A stretch of DNA of 64,000 bases. Source: an uncultured Planctomycetaceae bacterium. GTDB lineage: Bacteria; Planctomycetota; Planctomycetia; Planctomycetales; Planctomycetaceae. Below, in pieces: positions 28,124 through 40,259 of the stretch. Position 1 is the first letter of the stretch; every line of letters begins with the position of its first letter. The stretch covers positions 128,001 through 192,000 of the forward strand of contig CAWFGE010000015.1 of assembly GCA_963815195.1 (NCBI GenBank). The letters run 5' to 3'. Both the position numbers and the translations under genes were made by a program. A model generated the notes under the pieces. That model was not told the DNA's origin and searched no databases. It worked only from the letters and a program-made list of their open reading frames with translations.

Positions 28124-31100
28124 ATGGCAATTGTGTCCCAAAGTAGAAGTGAGTGGCCGCGCCGATTCCCTTCCCCGGGCGGTCCTTCGACGACAATCGC
28201 TCGAATCGCCAAATCGGACAATAACCGTCAAGATGGAACACCCCAACGCGAATCGATCGCCCCTCGACGGGCCAGAGCCAATGCTCCTCGAAGGAGGCTT
28301 GGGCGCTATGTTCTGAAACGCACCGTGAAAAGCAGTTTCGACGGGATTTCGCGGCTTGGCGTCTGCGTGGAGACGAGCGCCAAAGTCATCGTCAAATCCC
28401 GCCCGATCAGCGCGCTGCCTTCCGGCTATTTAATGCGTTTGCAGCACGAGGTTGCGATTCTCAGCCGCTTGCAAAGCCTATATTACAACTCGCCCCTCGA
28501 GTTGATCGCGGATCAGGACCACGTGCATGTCGTGTTTCCATTCCTGAAAGGGCGGCCTCTTGCCAAATGGATCCGGCGCGGCCCCCTCTCGGTTCAAGAT
28601 GTGGTCGCGGTGGGGTCTTGCCTGCTGACCGCGCTTCGCGACCTGCACGAAAACCATATCATCCATCGCGCGGTCCGGCCGACCAACCTGGTCGTTCCCG
28701 TCGATCGACGGATTTCATCGGCGACGTTAATCGGTGTGGGTTCGACGGCGCTGGTGCTGTCCCAATCCTCGGAGCCCGACCGGTTCCTGAACCAGGCGCA
28801 GTATTACGCCCCGGAACAAGCGGGATCGATCGATCACGACATCACGCAGTCCACCGATCTGTATTCCGCGGGCGTTGTGCTCTTTGAATGCCTCGCCGGT
28901 TATACGCCTTTTTCCGGGACAGACCTCAACTCCGTGTTGTTCAGCCACATGACAACCGCGGTCCCCGAATTGAGATCCCTCGGACTGAAAATCCCGCGAG
29001 CGCTCGATGAACTCATCCAACGTCTGCTGCGGAAGGATCCCAGAGACCGCTACCAGTCGGCTGAAGCGGCGCTCGCGGATCTCGGGGCGATCGAGAAAGG
29101 CCTCGCCGCGGGGAACTCCGAACCGAACGTCGTGATTGGAGCCAGCGACATCCGCCGGACTTTGATCGAACCGGCCTTCGTCTCGCGCGATACGGAACTC
29201 CAGGCCTTCGACGAGCAGATTGCCAGCGTCGAGTTGGGGAACGCGGGACTCGTGTTCCTTGAGGGAGAGTCGGGAGGCGGCAAATCGCGCCTGTTGACCG
29301 AAGCGGCCCAGCGCCACGAAAAGCGGTTTTCGCGTGCTGCGGGGCATCGGTTCCAACGAGGTCGCCCAGCGTCCTTTCAACATTTTCGACGGCGTGTTCG
29401 AGAAGTTTTTGTCCGACTGCAAAACGGAAGCCGGTTTTCTGGAAGGCGTGCGGGACGCTCTGCGCGACGAACTGGACGTCTTGGCCGAGTCCATTCCGGA
29501 GATCTCCGAAGTTCTGGGCACCAAGAAGTCCTCGGTCAATGGACCGGAAGTCACGGGGGAAATGCGGACGGTTCGCGCGTTGGTGCAGTTTTTGAGCGCC
29601 GTGGGAACGAAAGAGAAACCCGCCCTGGTAATCCTCGACGACTGCCAATGGGCGGATGATTTAACCTATAAGCTGATTCGGCAATGGCAGAGCCAGCAGG
29701 CTCAGGAGGCCGAGACCTATGTGCTTTTCGTGGTCGCGTTTCGAAGCGAAGAGGTCGGCCCGGCGCATAGTCTTCGGCAAATTGAGACTTCGACGCACCT
29801 CAGACTCGCGCCGTTTCAAAGCGCCGAGATCCGGCAGTTGACCGAATCGATGGCCGGGCGGATTCCCGAAGAGGCCTTGGAGATCATCGTCCAGCTCAGC
29901 GGGGGCAGCCCGTTTATGTGCTCGGCGGTGCTGCATGGCCTCGTGGAATCGGGGGCCTTGGTCTACGAGCAGGGCCATTGGCGACTCGAGCCGATGGCCC
30001 TGGGGAATATTCATTCCGCGGACCGGGAGGCGGCGTTCTTGATGCGGCGCCTCGATCTGCTTTCGGATTCGGTGCTGGAATACCTCTCGGCCGGGGCGAT
30101 CATTGGAAATGAATTTGACATTCAAATCGCCGCGACGTTGACCGGCTTCCAAGCAGCCGACGCGATTTCCGCCGTGGACCGCGCGGCAGCGACAGTTGAT
30201 TTGGTGCCGGCCCGACGGCGTCACTTGCGTGTTCGTGCACGATAAAATTCGCCAGGCGCTGCTCGATCGTTTGAGCCCGGCGTCCCGGCAGTCGCTGCAC
30301 CTGCGGGCCGCGCATTATTTTCAAGAGCATTTTCCCGATAAGGTCTCCGAGCTCGCCTATCACTTCGATTCCGCCGGCGTCAGTGACAAGGCGTTTCAGT
30401 ATGCGCTGATTGCCGCGGAACAAGCCCGGAATCGCTACGCCTTGGAAACGGCTGAGCAACAATATCAAATCGCGCGTCGCGGCGCGAAAGACGCGGATAT
30501 TCAAGTTCAATACCGCGTTGCGGAGGGGCTCGGCGACGTGCTGATGCTCCGGGGCAAGTACGAGGTCGCGGGGCGGCTGTTTGAGGAGGCATCCCGCCTC
30601 GCCAGCGATCAATACACCAAGGCCCAGATTCGAGGAAAACTCGGGGAACTCTCCTTCAAGCGCGGCGACATGGAACGGGCGGTCGAAGACTACGAGAAAG
30701 CGCTCAGGTCGCTCAGGCGGTGGATCCCGCGAACAAACCTCGTCTTTTTCCTTTGGCTGCTGTGGGAAGTTGTCGTTCAAGTTTTCCATTCCTGGTTCCC
30801 GCGGTTGTTTGTGCATCGCAAACATCAACCGCCGTCGGAGTCCGAACGCTTGACGATTCGGCTGTATAGCGGCTTGGCGCACGGCAACTGGTACTGCCGG
30901 GGCCGGCTCAGCACGCTGTGGGCGCACTTGCGCGGCTTGAACCTGGCGGAACGCTACCCGATCACTCCCGAGCTCGGCAATGCCTATTCCGAGCACGCGC
31001 CGGTGATGTCGCTGTTGGGCATGTTTGGCCGGGCGGTGAACTATGCCGAGAAGTCGCTGCGGATTCGCCGCGAGCTTCAGGATCTGTGGGGGCAGGGGCA

Positions 31101-34100
31101 GTCGCTGCACTATTATGGCGTCGTGCTCTATGCCGCCTCGCGGTACGGCGAATGTATCGAGCGCTGCCGGGATTCGATGCGCCTTTTGGAGCGGATGGGC
31201 GACTATTGGCAGGTGCATATTGCGCGTTACCAAATTGCGGTCTCCTACTATCGGCTGGGCGATTTTGCGATGGCGATCGAGGAATGCCAGCGAAATCATC
31301 AGTCGGGACTCAACCTGGGCGACGAGCAAGCCTCGGGCATCATTCTGGATGTCTGGCGCGGGCCGGCTTGGGGAAGGTTCCTGAAGACCTGATTCAAACC
31401 GAATTGAACCGGGACCGCAGCGATGCGCAAGGGCAGGCTCAAGTGCTGTTTGCTTCCGGAGTGTTTGAACTTTATCGAGGCGATGCCGAACAAGCCTCGC
31501 GGCAATTCGACAAGGCGATCCAGATTGTGCGCCGCGCGGGGATCTGCAATAGCTATACCGTGCCTCTTTTGGCCTGGGCGGTGACAGCCTATCGCCAGCA
31601 GGCGGAACGGCTTTCCGACTATACGCCGAACCGCAGGAAGCGTTTGATTCAACTGGCCGATCGAGCCGCCGGACGGGCTCGCCGCGGGACTTGGATCTTC
31701 AAGAACGACCTGCCCCACGTGTTGCGGGAGCAGGCTTTGATCAAGAGTCTGCAGGGACAGAAGCGTCTCGCCAGAAAACTGTTTTTGAAAAGCCTGCAGA
31801 CGGCGCGGCGTCAAAAGAGCCGCTACGAATACATCCTCACGTTAGACGCCTATACCAAAGTCGGCGAAGAGCTGGGCTGGAAAGTTCACGATCATCATAA
31901 GGAAGAGGCCCAGGCGGTTCTCGCGGAGTTTCAAATCCACACCGACGTCGGAAACTCCTCGGAGCACGTGGATGTGCAGACGCCGAGCTTGTCGCTGATC
32001 GACCGCTTCGACACGGTGCTGGAATCCGGCCGGCGAATCGCCACCGGCCTCACCGAATCGAGCATCTATCAAGAAACCTGCTCGGCGGCGTGCCGACTGC
32101 TGCGGGTGCATCATGGCGTGATTCTCGAAGTTCAACCGGATCGGCCCGCGTCGCAATGGAATACGCTCGCGGGGACCCTCGACTGGCGGATTTCCGAATC
32201 CTTGGTGAAGCAATCCCTCGAAGACCTGCGTTCGCTGGCGGCCCAAGATTCCGGTTTGGAAGCGGACAGTTCCCCGGCCGCGGGCTTTCTGGAGCGTTCC
32301 GCGCTCTGCGCGCCGCTGTATCTCCGCGGGAGAGCCGTTGCGTGCCTGTATGTCATGCATCCCGAAGTTCGCGGGTTGTTTGGACGCGACGAGGAACGGC
32401 TTGCGGATTTTCTGGCGACGATCGCAGGGGCGGCTTTGGAAAACGCCGAAGGCTTCGCCGAGCTTCAAAACTTGAACACCACTCTGGAAGAACGCGTGGC
32501 GGAGCGAACCGCCGCCGCGGAGGCCCGCTCGCACGAACTCGCGGTCTCCAACCAGGAGTTGGAGCGCACCGCCCAGGAGTTGCGGCAGGCCCAGATTCAA
32601 TTGTCGGCCTCCAAACAAGCCGCGGAAGCCGCGAGCGAAGCGAAGAGCCGATTCCTCGCAACGATGAGCCATGAAATCCGCACGCCCATGAACGGCATTT
32701 TGGGCATGGCCGAGTTGACGCTGGGCACGCGTTTGACGGATCGGCAGCAAGGGTATCTTGTGACGCTGAAGGACTCCGCGAACGCGCTTCTCACGTTGCT
32801 CAACGATTTGTTGGACTTCTCGAAGATCGAAGCCGGGAAAATGGATTTGGAAGCGATCGACTACTCGCTGCGGGATGTCGTTTTGGATTCGGCCCGGCTG
32901 CTGGCGATTTCCGCCGGCCGGAAGGGGCTCGATCTGATCTGCCGAATCGAGCCCGACGTTCCGACCCAGGTGGTTGGCGATCCGAACCGGTTGCGGCAGG
33001 TGCTCGTCAATCTGTTGGGCAACGCGATCAAATTCACGCCGGAAGGCGAAGTGGCCGTTCACGCGGCCGCCGTCAAGGATGTTGACGGCCAACGCCGGCT
33101 GCGGATTTCCGTGCGGGATACGGGAATCGGCATCCCTGCCGACAAACAGCAATGGATTTTTGAAGCGTTCCATCAAACCGACAGCTCGGTCACGCGGCGG
33201 TTCGGCGGCACGGGGCTGGGATTGGCGATCTGCTCGCAGTTGATCCAGTTGATGGACGGCTCGATCTGCCTGGAAAGCGCGGAGGGGCAGGGAACCGTGT
33301 TTTATGTGGACATCCCCTTGGCATTGCCCGCCGACTGCGACTTGCCCGCGATCGGCAAACCACCCGCCGCGGATCGGCCGATCCTGGTTGTTTCCGATCA
33401 TCCGGAAAGCCGGCTCGCGCTTTGTGAAAGCCTCGATTATCTGGGCCTGCCCTGTGAGATACTTGCCGAGGTGGAAGCGATTCGGGCCACGGACCGTCGT
33501 TCGATTTTGCTGGTGGATGTCGGCATTCACGCGCAGCCGATGCTCGATCGGATCATGGCGAGAGTTTTTGACGGCTCGAACGACCCGGAAGACCTGATTT
33601 GTTTGCTCCCCGCGGGCCGGTCGGAATTGATTGCCGAATGCGAAGCGCTTGCGGTCGAGCACGTTTTGACCAAGCCGGTCAAGCCGGCGGAACTCGAGCA
33701 AGCGATTCGGAGCGTCTTGGACCGATCCACGTCGGCGGTACAGATTGAAGCGGCCGATTCAGAGAGCGAGCCGTCGGCCCTGCGGATTCTGGTCGCGGAC
33801 GACAGCCCGGTGAACCGCGACGTCGCGATGGGAATGCTCGAGCTTTGCGGCCATAGCGTGCAGGCGGTCGTGAACGGCGCCGAAGCCGTGCAAGCGGTCC
33901 GCGAGAACAATTGGGATTTGGTGTTTATGGATTTGGAAATGCCGGTGATGGACGGCCTCGCCGCGACGCGGGCCATTCGCCAGTTGCCGGATTCCAAGGC
34001 GGAAACGCCCATCTATGCGATGACGGCCCACGCCCTCGAGGAAACGAATCAACAATGCGTGGATGCGGGCATGGACGGGTACATCACCAAGCCCATCATG

Positions 34101-34157
34101 CCCGACCAGTTGTTGGAATTGCTCGCCGGCCTAGTCTGTACGGGCGCTAAAGGCTGA
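28124..34157 (+). CDS. giant hybrid sensor: kinase-like - AAA ATPase - TPR - GAF - HisKA - HATPase - REC (split by 3 frameshifts)
   Basis: ORFs 28124-29659, 29334-30245, 30196-31392 and 30918-34157 are collinear. [45 protein letters not shown]...MDLEMP...TKP. Confidence 0.85.
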
Positions 34158-34416
34158 ACAATCGACGTCAAGGCAATGTGCAGTGCTTTTGCAGATGGCG
34201 ATAAAACGCAAGGACTTCATGCCAAGCGGTCGGCCCCATTTTCCGCGATCTGGATCTTTCGGCCAACCACCAATCGAGCCATCTTCCGGTGTCTGCGAGC
34301 GCGCAGCGCACCCCTAAAAATGGTAAACAGGGCATGCAAACCGCGGATGAGCCGAGTCTCTGCTCGTAAACCCCTTTCACCATGGCCTTCGTCCGGACGT
34401 GGTTCAGTCCACTGCT

Positions 34417-35001
34417 CTAATGAGTGGCACGCATGTGGGAATTGGCATCAATCCGGCCGAAGATTTTTGAGATGAAGGATCGTTCGGCAAGCGACAATGC
34501 CACCTGACGGAAATAGTGTCCCAATCGCCCTCCTAAGTGCTTGAGGATCATCAATGAGACGACCGTAACCACGGTGAAAGAGAGTATGAACGAAGTTAGG
34601 ACCACTTGTTCCAGGATTTTGACATGCGCCCGGCGTCTGATGGAAATCAGTTCGTCGCGCACTTCAGGTGTGAGTTGATCAATCGCCGCATTCCAATGTT
34701 GCCTGTATTCCGTCGCCATATCTTGTGCGATTTGCGTGCGACCGAAAAGATCGAAGAGGACCACATCGCAGAGCCCGTAACGATGACCAAACTGAATCAT
34801 CCCGTTGATCGTATCTCTCAACATCTTGTAGGCCGGATCGTCAAACGCAATCCGCTCATCAAGAGCTAAGTCGAAAAGTTCGTCCCGCAACGCAAAGAGG
34901 GATTGTCGGACCTTATCGAGACGGTAATCCCTATAGAAGAAGAAATACAGGCACCAGATACCGGCGATAGAGATCAGTGTTTGAATCGCAATGGGAGTCA
35001 T
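34417..35001 (-). CDS. hypothetical membrane protein
   Basis: 194 aa, two hydrophobic segments, lower GC; ATGA overlap with the upstream gene. Confidence 0.7.
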   Translation of the reverse strand: MTPIAIQTLISIAGIWCLYFFFYRDYRLDKVRQSLFALRDELFDLALDERIAFDDPAYKMLRDTINGMIQFGHRYGLCDVVLFDLFGRTQIAQDMATEYRQHWNAAIDQLTPEVRDELISIRRRAHVKILEQVVLTSFILSFTVVTVVSLMILKHLGGRLGHYFRQVALSLAERSFISKIFGRIDANSHMRATH

Positions 35002-35420
35002 GGCTTGTCACCTGGGTTTGTCCGGCCGCGCGAGGTAAGATTGCTTGAGGTTCGATTTGGGTCGACGGCCTTCTCTAATTGTCGGTTTCGTTCTTGAAGG
35101 CGTTCAATGGTGTCGTGTCGTAATTTCCGTTGGCTCCAACCATAGCCTATCCCTCCAGTTCCGAATATCCAGGCCACCGCCTCGCTGATCCTAATGTTGG
35201 CCAACAACTTCATACCGATTCCAATGTCGGCAACGGTTGTTTTTCCAGCCAGTGAATCGACGATAAGAAATATCAGATAAAAGATGATGCACAAACCCAT
35301 CCAGGGCACAGCATTATTTGCGACGCCAGCCCACGCTACAGCCTTTTGTTGTTGGATGATAGTTTTGAGTCGTGCATTCTCGACCTTCAACTCGGTTGGC
35401 GTGGGTTTCTTCTTTGACAT
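34998..35420 (-). CDS. hypothetical two-TM protein with coiled-coil tail
   Basis: 140 aa, lower GC, C-terminal DPNRTSSNLT motif. Confidence 0.7.
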   Translation of the reverse strand: MSKKKPTPTELKVENARLKTIIQQQKAVAWAGVANNAVPWMGLCIIFYLIFLIVDSLAGKTTVADIGIGMKLLANIRISEAVAWIFGTGGIGYGWSQRKLRHDTIERLQERNRQLEKAVDPNRTSSNLTSRGRTNPGDKP

Positions 35421-35570
35421 TTGGAGCTTTCTTTGTGTGCCTCACGTCGCTCGTTAACATCTCCTCTAATATACACGTACAGTTATATTATGTCCACACT
35501 CCCACTGAGATTTCAGGGAATCCGCACTGTCCCCGCGAGCCGGCTTGCTCGCCATTGTTGAAACTGGACA

Positions 35571-37444
35571 TCACGCGTCCAACTCGACGACGGGCAATCG
35601 CTCTTCCTGGATTTTCTGGGCCGATTCGGGATCGACATAGTCGCTGTGGCAGGCGGCTTTCTCGCCATCTTCGGGCTGCATGCCGGCTTTGGTTTTGCTG
35701 GCGAGCTTGTGGATTTGATCCGGGGAAAGCACGCCTCGCTTTTCCAGAATCGCCTTTTGCTCTTCCGACAGGGCGGTCGTGACTTTGGCCTTGTCCCATT
35801 GGTAGCCGGCGTCTTTGCCCGAGGCAAATTCCACGATCTCTTTCGAGATCCGCACGCTGCACCAATCGTGCCCGCACATGGCGCAGAAATCCGTGTCCAC
35901 GTCCAGGTCTTCATCGTGATAGGCCCGCGCGGTGTCCGGATCGAAACTCAGCTCGAAATGCTTTTCCCAATTGAGCGCGGCCCGGGCTTTGGTCAGTTCG
36001 TCGTCGCGGTCCCGGGTGCCGGGGATTCCCAAGGCGACATCCGCGGCGTGGGCGGCGATCTTATACGCAATGCAGCCCTGCTTCACATCGTCCTTCTTCG
36101 GAAGGCCCAGGTGCTCCTTGGGCGTGACGTAGCAGAGCATGCTCGCCCCGTGATAGGCGGCGTTCGTGGCGCCGATGCAACTCGTGATATGATCGTAGCC
36201 GGGAAAAATGTCCGTCACCAACGGTCCTAAAACATAAAACGGCGCTCCGTGGCAGAGCTGGCGTTCGAGCTTCATGTTGTATTCGATTTGATCGAGCGGC
36301 ACGTGGCCGGGGCCTTCGATCATCACCTGCACGCCTTTTCGCCAGGCCCGCTCGGTGAGTTCGCCCAAGGTTTGGAGCTCGGCGAGCTGAGCCTGATCGG
36401 TCGCATCGGCCAGTCCGCCGGGCCGGAGACCATCGCCGATGGAAAACGTCACATCGTATTCCCGCATCACGTCGCAAATGTCTTCCCAGAGCGTGTACAT
36501 GGGATTTTGCTGACGGTGATGGATCATCCACTTCGCCAAAAGCGAACCGCCGCGGCTGACGATGCCGATCAAGCGGTCCTTCACATAGGGCAGATGCTCT
36601 TGGAGGACGCCGGCGTGGATGGTGAAGTAGTCCACGCCTTGGCGGGCCTGATGGCGGAGCGATGTGAGGATCATCTCGGCGTCGAGGTCTTCGATCCGGC
36701 GGCCGATGATCATGGAATAGATGGGCACGGTGCCGATGGGCACGGTGCTGTTTTGCACGAGGGCTTCCCGGCATTCATCGAGGTTCCCGCCGGTGGAGAA
36801 ATCCATCACCGTGTCTGCACCCAGCGTTCGGCCCAGCGGAGTTTTTCGATTTCCTCCAAGGTGCCGGACGACACCGGCGAAGCCCCCATGTTGGCGTTGA
36901 CCTTGGTCTTGGACGCCCGGCCGATGCACATGGGGTCGAGATGATGGGCCAGGTGGACTTTGTTGGCGGGAATCACCATGCGCCCGGCGGCGACCTCGTC
37001 GCGAACTTGCTCGGGGGTCAAATGCGATTCACGTTCGGCGACGCGCTCCATTTGCGGCGTGACGAAACCCAGCCGGGCGTGCTCGAGCTGCGTGATCGGA
37101 TCGAAGTCGGCCGGGAACGACACCCGGCGGTAGGTCCCGTCCCCTTGTTGGAATACGAGGCATTTCAAGTGGCCGTTGGAGGATTCCGCATCGTCCGGGA
37201 CATTCGGGCCGAGATCTTCCGTCTCCCAACCTTCGGGCAGGAAGTCCCAAGCGGTTTTGTCCGAAGGTGCAGGCATGCCCGGCGCATCGGGTGAGGAAAA
37301 CGTCAACCGCCCCCGCACGTCTGGAGCGATTTGCGGGGTCCGGGCGAAACTGCCCGGCGTGGTGCCGGCGTTTTGGGAAGAGGGGTTGCTGCCCAATCCG
37401 GGCAGAGCATATTCGCGGCCGGCTTGTGACGGGTGCTGATTCAT
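35571..37444 (-). CDS. thiC: phosphomethylpyrimidine synthase ThiC (frameshift ~36820)
   Basis: [43 protein letters not shown] and FCAMCG..WC. Confidence 0.95.
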
Positions 37445-37632
37445 GGCGTCATCCTCTCGGGCATGGTTCCATCAATGGACTATTGAATCGGACATTCCTA
37501 ACATCCCTGTATCGTAGTTGGTCCGCCCGTAAATGCAACAAGCCTTGCGGGAGGCCGGCTTTCGATTTTTAGGCCGAGCCCGCCCCAAGGCGACAGTTCG
37601 GATGATTCCCGGTCCCTGCGGATGGCCAGCGC

Positions 37633-38586
37633 ATGATTGTCAAAGAACATACTTCCTGGATGCGGCTGTTGTTTTCGATCCGCGGAAGCAGCCTGGCCCA
37701 CACATGGAAACGTATGGTGTTCGTGTTTGCGGTCTCCATTTTCGCGACGGCGTATTATGAATACACCGAAATCAATCACATCCCGCTCTATTCGTTGACC
37801 CCGCTGCCGTTCACGTTGATCGGTCTGGCGGTCAGTATCTTTTTGGGGTTTCGGAACAACGAAAGCTACGACCGGTTCTGGGAAGGCCGGCAGTTATGGG
37901 GACGCATGGTCAACGTCTGCCGGAGTTACGCCCGCCAGGTGTTGACCCTCGCCAATGCTCCGGCGGACGATCCGGAGGCCACTGCCGCCTGCGGCCGGTT
38001 CCAGCGGGATATGATCTTCCGCACGATCGCCTACCAGCACGCGTTCCGCTGCCAACTCCGCGGGGACGATCCCTTTCCCAATATCGCTCGGTTTGTGGAG
38101 GAGAACGAAATCCTCCCATACCGCAGGCATCAGAATGTGGCGGTGGCGATGTTGCAGGCGATGGGAGAACGCCTCCGCTGGGCCTGGCAGCAAGGCTGGA
38201 TTCACGATTTCCACCTGCCCGTGCTAGAGGCGAGTCTCACGGAAATGACGTCGGTCCAGGGCGGTTGCGAGCGGATCAAATCCACGCCCATTCCGTATGC
38301 CTATACGGTGCTCATTCACCGGATCGTCGGGTTTTATTGCCTGACGCTTCCCTTCGGCATCGTGGCAGAGGTCCGCGAGATGACGCCCCTTGTGACGCTC
38401 CTCATTGCCCATGCCTTTTTGGGATTGGATGCAATTGGTGATGAAATCGAGGAACCGTTCGGCAAGCACGCCAACGACCTGCCCTTGGATTCCATCACTC
38501 GGACCATCGAAATCAACCTCCTTGAGATTGCGGGCGAGGAATCGGTTCCCGATCCGCTCCCGTCCCAGGATGGGCTTCTCTTGTAG
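37633..38586 (+). CDS. bestrophin-family ion channel
   Basis: FLGFRNNESYDRFWEGR, GCERIKSTPIP, IGDEIEEPFG. Confidence 0.93.
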   Translation: MIVKEHTSWMRLLFSIRGSSLAHTWKRMVFVFAVSIFATAYYEYTEINHIPLYSLTPLPFTLIGLAVSIFLGFRNNESYDRFWEGRQLWGRMVNVCRSYARQVLTLANAPADDPEATAACGRFQRDMIFRTIAYQHAFRCQLRGDDPFPNIARFVEENEILPYRRHQNVAVAMLQAMGERLRWAWQQGWIHDFHLPVLEASLTEMTSVQGGCERIKSTPIPYAYTVLIHRIVGFYCLTLPFGIVAEVREMTPLVTLLIAHAFLGLDAIGDEIEEPFGKHANDLPLDSITRTIEINLLEIAGEESVPDPLPSQDGLLL

Positions 38587-38735
38587 CGCCGCACGCGGCC
38601 GTTTCGCCACATACTCTGGATCACAGCGAACGCTGCTAATAAGGAACACCGCCCGATGCGGGTTTGGGATTTTCCCGCATTGGGACATTGCGCCTCTCGA
38701 CGATAATGAAATCTCAGTCGTTCCAAAAAAGGCGA

Positions 38736-38804
38736 GAGCCGCGCACGAAGTAAGCGGTCTTGCGATCTCTGAATTCAAAAAACCGCTTACTTCGTGCGCG
38801 GCTC
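38736..38804. repeat. REP-like palindrome (23-bp perfect inverted repeat)
   Basis: GAGCCGCGCACGAAGTAAGCGGT ... ACCGCTTACTTCGTGCGCGGCTC. Confidence 0.75.
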
Positions 38805-38831
38805 GAAAGAAACCGAAGAACGAGGTGCAGC

Positions 38832-40133
38832 GTGCAGCCGCGGATCAACGCATCGCCGGGAGCCAACCACACCGCGGAAGCGGGCCGGCGGGTGTTGGCC
38901 GGGGGAGAGCCTAAAAAAAATCTCTGGGCGAGGCTTTGGCCGTTTTTGGGGCCGGCGTTTGTCGCAAGCGTGGCCTACATCGATCCCGGCAACTTCGCCA
39001 CCAACATCCAAGGCGGGGCGAAGTTCGGCTATACGCTGCTGTGGGTGATCCTGCTCAGCAATTTGATGGCGATGCTGATTCAGATGGCGTCGGCGAAACT
39101 GGGCATCGCCAGCGGAATGAACCTCGCCGAGCAATGCCGGGAGCATCTGCCGGAGTGGGCGATTTATCCCATGTGGGTCTTGATGGAACTCGTGGCGATG
39201 GCGACCGACCTCGCCGAGTTCCTGGGGGCGGCCTTGGGGTTCAATCTGCTGTTGGGAATCCCGCTGTTTCCCGCCGGGTTATTGACGGCGGCGGCGACGT
39301 TTTTGGTATTGGGCCTCGAACGGTTCGGGTTTCGGCCGCTGGAAGCGGTCATCGGTTCGCTGGTGGGCATTGTCGCGGTTTGTTATCTGATCGAGACGGT
39401 GTGGGATCGGCCGGATTGGGGGAATGTCGCTTATCACGCCGTTGTCCCGCAGTTCCAAGGTTCGGAAAGCATTCTGTTGGCGACGGGAATCCTCGGGGCG
39501 ACGGTCATGCCGCACGCCATTTTTTTGCACTCGGCCCTCACGCAAAACCGGATCGTCGTTCGCGATCCGGTGCAGCTCAGGCGGCTGTTTCGCTTTGAGC
39601 TTTTGGATGTCTTGATCGCCATGTCGATCGCCGGGCTGGTCAACGCCGCGATGCTCGTGATGGCCGCTGCGACCTTTTTTCAACAGGGGTTGACCGGCAT
39701 CGGCACGATCGAAGAAGCCCACCGCACGCTGGAACCGCTGTTGGGAGCCGCGGCGAGTTGGGTCTTCGCCATTTCACTTCTCGCGTCGGGGCTGTCGTCC
39801 TCATCGGTGGGCACAATGTCCGGGCAGGTCATCATGCAGGGCTTTTTGCACTGGCACATTCCGGTGTGGATCCGGCGGTTGGTGACGATGCTCCCCTCGC
39901 TGATCGTGATCGCGCTGGGTCTCGATACCACTTACGTCCTGGTGCTCAGCCAGGTCGCGCTGAGTTTCGGATTGCCGTTTGCCATCATCCCCTTAGTGGT
40001 CTTCACCAGCCGCAAAAGCATCATGGGCGTGTTGGTCAACCGCCGATTGACGACGGTGCTGCTCGCGGCCTCGGCGGTGCTGATTGTGTTGTTGAATGGA
40101 TTTCTGGTGTATCAAACGATTTTTGGAATCTGA
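38832..40133 (+). CDS. mntH: Nramp-family divalent metal transporter
   Basis: YIDPGNFATN, GATVMPHA, GTMSGQVIMQGF. Confidence 0.95.
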   Translation: MQPRINASPGANHTAEAGRRVLAGGEPKKNLWARLWPFLGPAFVASVAYIDPGNFATNIQGGAKFGYTLLWVILLSNLMAMLIQMASAKLGIASGMNLAEQCREHLPEWAIYPMWVLMELVAMATDLAEFLGAALGFNLLLGIPLFPAGLLTAAATFLVLGLERFGFRPLEAVIGSLVGIVAVCYLIETVWDRPDWGNVAYHAVVPQFQGSESILLATGILGATVMPHAIFLHSALTQNRIVVRDPVQLRRLFRFELLDVLIAMSIAGLVNAAMLVMAAATFFQQGLTGIGTIEEAHRTLEPLLGAAASWVFAISLLASGLSSSSVGTMSGQVIMQGFLHWHIPVWIRRLVTMLPSLIVIALGLDTTYVLVLSQVALSFGLPFAIIPLVVFTSRKSIMGVLVNRRLTTVLLAASAVLIVLLNGFLVYQTIFGI

Positions 40134-40164
40134 TCTCGATTTCTCAGAAGTGGTTAAAACGCGA

Positions 40165-40230
40165 GTGGCACACCCCTGAGCGTGGCGAACTGCCCGGACC
40201 ACGCCCTTCGTTCCTCAGGGCGTGCCACCC
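40165..40230. repeat. REP-like element (second copy at 55890-55968)
   Basis: Both copies share GACCACGCCCTTCGTTCCTCAGGGCGTGCCACCC and an inverted GTGGCA..CCCTGAG arm. Confidence 0.7.
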
Positions 40231-40259
40231 AACGTCGAGTTTGTGCTGGAGGATTGCGT

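Noticed and set aside
31842..33701. Long antisense ORFs (also 55706-57259, 59518-60678, 60590-61708)
   Set aside because: Shadows of GC-rich genes on the opposite strand with no recognisable motifs.
37445..37632. TPP riboswitch upstream of thiC
   Set aside because: No CTGAGA or ACCTGA core motifs visible on the minus strand.
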